A program made the position numbers and the translations under genes. The notes below the pieces were generated by a model. That model was not told the DNA's origin, ran no database searches, and was given only the letters and a program-made list of their open reading frames with translations. A DNA stretch of 22,873 nucleotides from a virus, in the UHGV virus genome UHGV-0188094; one strand, given 5' to 3'. Shown piece after piece: positions 17,324 to 22,873 of this stretch (positions within the stretch are counted from its first letter, which is position 1; each line of letters opens with the position of its first letter).

Positions 17324-17372
17324 ATGTGGACTAAGCATAGCCATTTACAAATGGGGACATTGAGTCCACATA
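17324..17372. repeat. Composite 49-bp palindrome upstream of the serine recombinase gene (candidate recombination or operator site)
   Basis: Outer arms tatgtggact / agtccacata and inner arms ccattt / aaatgg, placed symmetrically around a central AC dinucleotide (17348..17349). Confidence 0.5.
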
Positions 17373-17542
17373 ACGAAAGCTGTCGGTCATATCAGCTAAA
17401 TAATTCACATCTCTTCTCGATTATCATACACCTCGAAGATCTACCAAATTCGCTCTAATCAATGATAAAACAGTTGAATTCGGTTGAAATTTGATCAATT
17501 TTATCCACTACATTGTATTGAATCATCCATGAGGTTTCGTGC

Positions 17543-19099
17543 ATGGCTAGCGAAAATGACAAAAATCATAGAGTTAGGGTCGCGCAGTACTTGAGGATGT
17601 CTACCGACCATCAGCAATATTCTTTACATAATCAGTCCGAATATATCAAAGATTATGCTGAAAAGAACAATATGGAAATCGCTTATACCTACGATGATGC
17701 AGGTAAGAGCGGAGTCAGTATCGTAGGCAGGCATTCTTTGCAGCAGTTACTTAGCGATGTAGAACAAAAGAAAATAGATATACAGGCTGTATTATTTTAT
17801 GATGTGAGCCGTTTTGGTCGTTTTCAAAATAGTGATGAAGCGGCATATTATTCCTTTCTATTTGAGAGAAATGGTGTAGATCTTATATATTGTTCCGAAC
17901 CTATACCCACTAAAGATTTCCCTTTAGAGTCCTCTGTTATACTGAATATAAAAAGATCTAGTGCTGCATATCACAGCAGGAATCTATCTGAAAAGGTATT
18001 TATAGGGCAAGTAAATTTAATAAAGCTTGGTTATCATCAAGGCGGTATGGCTGGTTATGGGCTGAGACGTCTTTTAGTAGACGAAAATGGCATAGCTAAA
18101 GAAATATTGAGTTTCCGCAAAAGAAAGAGTATTCAAACAGATAGGGTAATATTAATTCCGGGACCAAAAAATGAAATAAAAATTGTAAATAGAATATATG
18201 ATCTCTTTATAGATAATAACGTCCCAGAATTCATTATTGCTGAGAGATTAAATGAACAGAACATACCTGCAGAAAATGGAACATTATGGACTCGTGCAAA
18301 AATACATCAAATTTTGACAAATGAAAAATATATTGGAAACAACATATATAACAAAACCTCATCTAAATTAAAAAGTAGGCTTGTAAAAAACCCCAAACAT
18401 GAATGGGTTAGATGTGACAAGGCATATAAACCTATTATTTCAAAGAAAAAATACAATAAAGCTCAAGAAATAATTCAGCTCCGATCCATTCATTTGACTA
18501 ATGAAGATCTATTAGAAAAACTAAAACAAAAATTAGAATCTAATGGAAAACTATCAGGCTTTATCATTGATGAAGATGATACAGGCCCTTCATCTTCTGT
18601 TTATAGAACCCGATTTGGTGGTCTTTTAAGAGCATATACTTTGATTGGTTATAAGCCAGAACATGATTACAGCTATCTCAAAATAAATGAAGCACTAAGA
18701 TCATTTTACTCAGAGATAATTGAGGATTTTAAGGGTGAAATTTTAAAAAGTAACTGTCATATAGACGAGTATAAATATGCCCCAATGCTTTACATCAATG
18801 ATGAGTTTTTAATTTCCGTCCTTGTTACTAAATGCATACATATGAAATCAGGTAAACTTAGATGGAAAGTCCGGTTTGATAACTCACAGAAAGCAGACAT
18901 AACAATTGTTATACGAATGAATTCACAAAATATTTCACCTCTTGATTTTTATATCATACCAAAGATTGAAAACGAATATAATAAAATGTGCATGACGGAA
19001 ACAAACAACATTCGATTAGATCTCTATAGATTTGATAATCTTGATAAACTTCTACAAATTATTACTCGCATGAAAGTGAGGGAACTATATGCTGCCTGA
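17543..19099 (+). CDS. Large serine recombinase (518 aa)
   Basis: N-terminal resolvase catalytic domain (VAQYLRMSTDHQ with the catalytic Ser; ...DDAGKSG...; ...FYDVSRFGRF...) followed by a recombinase-type domain (GYGLRRLL...). RBS GAGG 8 nt upstream. Confidence 0.8.
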   Translation: MASENDKNHRVRVAQYLRMSTDHQQYSLHNQSEYIKDYAEKNNMEIAYTYDDAGKSGVSIVGRHSLQQLLSDVEQKKIDIQAVLFYDVSRFGRFQNSDEAAYYSFLFERNGVDLIYCSEPIPTKDFPLESSVILNIKRSSAAYHSRNLSEKVFIGQVNLIKLGYHQGGMAGYGLRRLLVDENGIAKEILSFRKRKSIQTDRVILIPGPKNEIKIVNRIYDLFIDNNVPEFIIAERLNEQNIPAENGTLWTRAKIHQILTNEKYIGNNIYNKTSSKLKSRLVKNPKHEWVRCDKAYKPIISKKKYNKAQEIIQLRSIHLTNEDLLEKLKQKLESNGKLSGFIIDEDDTGPSSSVYRTRFGGLLRAYTLIGYKPEHDYSYLKINEALRSFYSEIIEDFKGEILKSNCHIDEYKYAPMLYINDEFLISVLVTKCIHMKSGKLRWKVRFDNSQKADITIVIRMNSQNISPLDFYIIPKIENEYNKMCMTETNNIRLDLYRFDNLDKLLQIITRMKVRELYAA

Positions 19100-19985
19100 A
19101 AAAAATGAATTCCCAATAATTCAAATTGAGATTGCAAAAATAAAATTTCTTAACCCACGAACAAGAAATAAGGTAGTGCATGAAGAAATAAAGGAAAGCA
19201 TAAAAAAAAGAGGATTAAGCAAGCCAATAAGCGTAAGAGCTATTGATGAAGGCGATTTCAAATATGCTTTAATTTGTGGTCAAGGGAGAATAGAGGCTCT
19301 CGTTGCATTAGGTGAAACTATTATTCCAGCAATTATAAGAGATGTATCAGAAGAAGATGCTTACGTTATGAGTTTAGTTGAAAACATTGCAAGGAGAAGA
19401 CCACGTTCTAATGAGTTATTACAGGTGATTAAAGACATGAAAATCAGAGGACTTTCAGACTCCGAAATAAGTGAGATTACTGGATATTCATCGAACTGGG
19501 TGAGCAGTATTAATATGCTACTTGATAAGGGAGAGCATAAACTTCTCTCAGCAGTCGAACGGGGTAATTTGCCTCTGTATCTCGCAGTGCAATTTGCAAG
19601 ATGTGAAACTGAGGAAGCACAAGATATTCTTACCGAAGCATATGATAAAAAATTAATAAAAAGTCGGGACATTATAAAGATAAAACACATTCTAAATCAA
19701 AGAACAGTTGGGAATAAAGGTGCAAAAGCAGCCGGATTTTATTATCACAAACCATCAAAAAGGATGACTGCAGAGGAGTTGATTGAGCTTTATGAAAATA
19801 GTATCGCTGAACATAAATCTGTTTATAACAACTCAAAATTCATAAAAACCAACCTACTAATAGTAAATGAGATTTTTAACATCATAATGATGAATAAAAG
19901 CTTTCAACATATACTTGAACAAGAGAATCTTTCAGAACTACCATCTCAGATATTAACCCCAGTAAACAAAGAGGTATTAAAATGA
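19089..19985 (+). CDS. ParB/Srx-domain DNA-binding protein with HTH (298 aa), first of two
   Basis: N-terminal ParB-like motif (...KPISVRAID...LICGQGRIEALVALG...) and an HTH (GLSDSEISEITGYSSNWVSSI). Its ATG lies 8 nt upstream of the recombinase stop, so the reading frames overlap by 11 nt. Confidence 0.65.
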   Translation: MLPEKNEFPIIQIEIAKIKFLNPRTRNKVVHEEIKESIKKRGLSKPISVRAIDEGDFKYALICGQGRIEALVALGETIIPAIIRDVSEEDAYVMSLVENIARRRPRSNELLQVIKDMKIRGLSDSEISEITGYSSNWVSSINMLLDKGEHKLLSAVERGNLPLYLAVQFARCETEEAQDILTEAYDKKLIKSRDIIKIKHILNQRTVGNKGAKAAGFYYHKPSKRMTAEELIELYENSIAEHKSVYNNSKFIKTNLLIVNEIFNIIMMNKSFQHILEQENLSELPSQILTPVNKEVLK

Positions 19986-20878
19986 TTCAGATACGTTTTG
20001 GCGATAATTTTATTTACCTGGAAACTAATAAGTTAATTCCATCTAAGGAATTATTAGAAAACGTAAAGCGAAGCCATAAATATCATCAAATAGTTACCTC
20101 TATCGAAAGCTTAGGTATTATTGAACCAATAATAGTATTCTATGACAAAGATAAAGATGTCACTAAGATACTTGATGGCCATTTAAGGGTTGAGGCTTTA
20201 AAAGACTTAGGTATAGAAAAAGCTCCATGTATACTTTCGAGCATAGATGATGCTTTCACTCCTAACAAACAAGTGAATCATATAAATGTAGTTGAAGAAC
20301 ATAGAATGATAATTAAGTCTCTGGCAAAAGTATCAATTGAAAAACTTAGTGCTGCTTTGGGCATATCTGTTGATGCCATAAAAGATAAAGCGAATGTGAT
20401 GAACGGCATAGATCCAAGTGTAATTGCGAAACTTTCTGATAAACCTATACCTAAGGCTACATTTGACGTTTTGAGGAAAATGAAGCCAATTCGCCAAATT
20501 GAAGCAGTCGGTACAATGATTAATTTTGATAATTATAGTAAAAAATTTGCAATGAGCATCTTGGATGCAACACCGGCATCGATGATAGTAAATAAAGGGA
20601 AAAACACTCCCTATAAAAAGGACATAAAAAAAACCATACTTCGTCTGGAACAAGAAATGGCAACAACTTCGGAAGAAACGAAAAAGCTTCAAACCGAGTA
20701 TGGTTCAGATATGTTGAAATTCGTTATAATCCAGTCATATATTAATAAATTACTTGGCAATTCTAAAGTTCTTCATTGGTTCTTAGAAAACGAGGTTGAT
20801 TATCTTAATGAGTTAAAAAGAATTTCTAGAATAAATTCTTTGGATGATAAGACTCTTACTGAAAACAGCAAGTCATAG
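19982..20878 (+). CDS. ParB/Srx-domain DNA-binding protein with HTH (298 aa), second of two
   Basis: N-terminal ParB-like motif (...ILDGHLRVEALKDLG...) and an HTH (SIEKLSAALGISVDAIKD). ATG overlaps the upstream stop (ATGA). Confidence 0.65.
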   Translation: MIQIRFGDNFIYLETNKLIPSKELLENVKRSHKYHQIVTSIESLGIIEPIIVFYDKDKDVTKILDGHLRVEALKDLGIEKAPCILSSIDDAFTPNKQVNHINVVEEHRMIIKSLAKVSIEKLSAALGISVDAIKDKANVMNGIDPSVIAKLSDKPIPKATFDVLRKMKPIRQIEAVGTMINFDNYSKKFAMSILDATPASMIVNKGKNTPYKKDIKKTILRLEQEMATTSEETKKLQTEYGSDMLKFVIIQSYINKLLGNSKVLHWFLENEVDYLNELKRISRINSLDDKTLTENSKS

Positions 20879-21533
20879 TCATGGTTTTATATAGCCTAAA
20901 TAAACCAAGAAGTATACTTACACAACGACCTTCACGCCGAAGAAGCTGTCAGATACGCCAGCAACCAAAGCATTACGTTTAAGTGTCAGTCATTGATACG
21001 AAGGGATAACTGCGTATCAGCAGCCGGACATTGAGTCGAATAAAGGCTGGTAGAGAGGGACAGTTCTGTGTCACCGGGAGATTCGTCAGAAACATCAGCG
21101 GCAGAACAGATGAACCAGCAATTGGTAGTGCACAGAAAACTCTCCAGTATTTAATTATTCAACTTAACACTAAAAAAAATCACATAGTTAATATCATAAT
21201 TTTTCTTTGGTCTACGTATGCGAGAGATATTGTGGCTTTAACCGGGTATTAGGAGTCGTTTCAGATAAAAGATGTTCTTCGATTCGACTGGACTTGGTAA
21301 TAGCAATAAGTAATCGTTAATATTGAAGGACGAAAGGCTACTTCAAAACAAAGTAACCTTTCCAATATTCCCATCTATGGGACAAGTGGTACATTAACTG
21401 CACATAGTGCAGGATACATATGACATAAAACTTTTTATTTATGGCATACATTATAAATAACTTGTATTTTATGAATGTCAATAGGTTCTTGTTTAATACT
21501 TTTAAAATTATTAATTGATTGTTTTTATTATAG

Positions 21534-21553
21534 CTTCGCTTGTACAAGCGAAG
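21534..21553. repeat. Perfect 20-bp palindrome in a non-coding AT-rich stretch
   Basis: cttcgcttgt|acaagcgaag, with further imperfect inverted repeats in 21590..21660. Confidence 0.5.
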
Positions 21554-22107
21554 ATCCTATTGTTCTTGAATGAATAATGCCAATTATAAGAGAAGCAAGG
21601 GCTAACTCTGCGAAGCCGCTGCGCTTGCTTCTTCGAGTTCCCCTTGCTTTTCTGCCCTTCGGTTATAAAAGAAGCCAAACTGCTACCAACCTTGAATCTC
21701 TATATTTTTGAATAGACAAACATTACCCGCTCCCTTAATCACCACTATCAAAAATAAAAAATCATCTTACAAATAACCCCATACACATCATTTTAGATTG
21801 CGACCTTATTAAATTAAAAATTCAACCTTAGATGGAATTTAATGTACAAGGAATGTCCTACTGTAACGGAGAATTTTAAACATTAAAAATTACAACTATG
21901 GTTTGTCATAGCCTGTACATCTATTCACCTCATGCATATGCACTAAGAAAGCTTTTTTGAATACTGGAGTTGTCCCTGCTAAAACGGACACGGCTAATTA
22001 ACTGCTAATATGGCATCACGATATTCGCGTGGCGATTTCATGTTCAACCCCTTGTGTGGATGCAGATTATTATAATCCTCTATCTATTCTGCCATTGTTT
22101 CCATCAT

Positions 22108-22314
22108 TTAGACTGCATCCAGCAGATCATCTACGTACACATAATCCCGCTTGAACGTCTTTACAAACGATTCTGCCATGCCGTTACTTCCCGGACTGCG
22201 TACTGGTGTAGTACACACGATGAACCACAGTGAACTAGCGAATGTGCGCGTGGCATCGGCTGTGCAGCAATTATGCCAATGACACTGGCTCCATTGACGG
22301 CAATGACCTGACAT
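22108..22314 (-). pseudogene. IS2-like (IS3 family) transposase OrfB remnant
   Basis: ...TTPVRSPGSNGMAESFVKTFKRDYV... matches the conserved C-terminal integrase-core segment of IS2 OrfB as I recall it (...[22 protein letters not shown]...). Flanking sequence is degenerate and no intact transposase ORF is present. Confidence 0.5.
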
Positions 22315-22474
22315 CTACAATCCCGCTACAAAGCATTTACTCCATGAGTCATTGCACTTGCTGAGCTACACGAACACACTAAAACCAGATAATAATTAAT
22401 CGCTGTATAAGCTCGTAACAAGCGGAACTTTAAGGCAAAATAGGGCCATCTTCCCCCTTCATAAGGTTACGCTA

Positions 22475-22873
22475 ATGGCCAGAAAACCTAAAGAAATCAA
22501 AACAGACCCGTTAGAGGTCATCCTGTGGAAAGCGGCAGACAAACTGCGTAAAAACATTGATGCAGCCGAGTACAAGCACGTCGTACTAGGCCTCATTTTC
22601 CTTAAGTACATTTCTGATTCTTTTGAATCTCATTATGAGTTGCTGAAAGCCGGTAAAGGCGAGTTCGCAGGTGCTGATCCGGAAGACAAAGACGAGTACA
22701 CCGCTTACAACGTTTTCTTTGTCCCTGAGCTTGCACGTTGGAACTATCTGATTTCTAAGGCCAAGCTTCCTGAAATCGGTAAGATGGTTGATGATGCGAT
22801 GGAGCTTATCGAAGCGGGCAATCCACAGTTAAAAGGTGTGTTGCCGAAAGTCTATGCCCGACAAAACCTCGAC
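22475..22873 (+). CDS. hsdM: Type I restriction-modification methyltransferase subunit HsdM, N-terminal 133 aa (runs off the window end)
   Basis: [51 protein letters not shown]... is the characteristic HsdM N-terminal domain. Not in the ORF track because there is no in-window stop. Confidence 0.8.
   Translation, partial: MARKPKEIKTDPLEVILWKAADKLRKNIDAAEYKHVVLGLIFLKYISDSFESHYELLKAGKGEFAGADPEDKDEYTAYNVFFVPELARWNYLISKAKLPEIGKMVDDAMELIEAGNPQLKGVLPKVYARQNLD

Larger units (their letters stand above)
15820..22873. mobile_element. P4-integrase-type genomic island at ssrA (CP4-57-like position); right boundary beyond the window
   Basis: att copy, then a P4-family integrase, then AT-rich cargo, an IS remnant and a type I R-M gene. 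No right-hand repeat lies inside the window. Confidence 0.55.

Noticed and set aside
21031-21547. Small ORFs 21031..21252 (+) and 21338..21547 (-)
   Set aside because: No plausible RBS, low-complexity AT-rich translations, no family resemblance; left uncalled.
1-22873. CRISPR array, rRNA or tRNA genes
   Set aside because: No regularly spaced direct repeats and no tRNA- or rRNA-like sequence apart from the tmRNA and its 49-bp 3' duplicate, which is an att site rather than a gene.

Overview
The window opens with the tmRNA gene ssrA (215..577) and then carries two integrative elements arranged in tandem, separated by a second copy of the last 49 bp of ssrA (533..581 repeated at 15820..15868). 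All homology calls below come from reading the ORF translations against remembered protein families, not from a database search, and coordinates are from manual counting. Element 1 (about 582..15819) is a defective P2/186-type prophage in inverted orientation. Its lysogeny, replication and SOS modules look intact: Ogr, gpD, replication protein A, a Dam-like protein, CII, Apl/Cox, CI and integrase. Its morphogenesis module is reduced to fused fragments of gpU, gpN and portal gpQ. It carries two strikingly AT-rich cargo insertions. One sits next to a cos-like site and encodes an ABC-type ATPase with a PrrC/RloC-like layout, split into two ORFs by a frameshift in an A6 run. The other is a 513-aa protein with a PD-(D/E)xK-like motif wedged between the integrase and the right att repeat. 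Element 2 (from 15869 to beyond the window end) starts with a P4-type integrase and carries an AT-rich, translationally coupled operon of a large serine recombinase and two ParB/HTH proteins. It continues into an IS2-like transposase remnant and the start of a type I restriction-modification hsdM gene. The ATPase/putative nuclease, the 513-aa protein and the recombinase-ParB-ParB operon are the best candidates for uncharacterised, possibly anti-phage, functions. No CRISPR array, rRNA or tRNA was seen.
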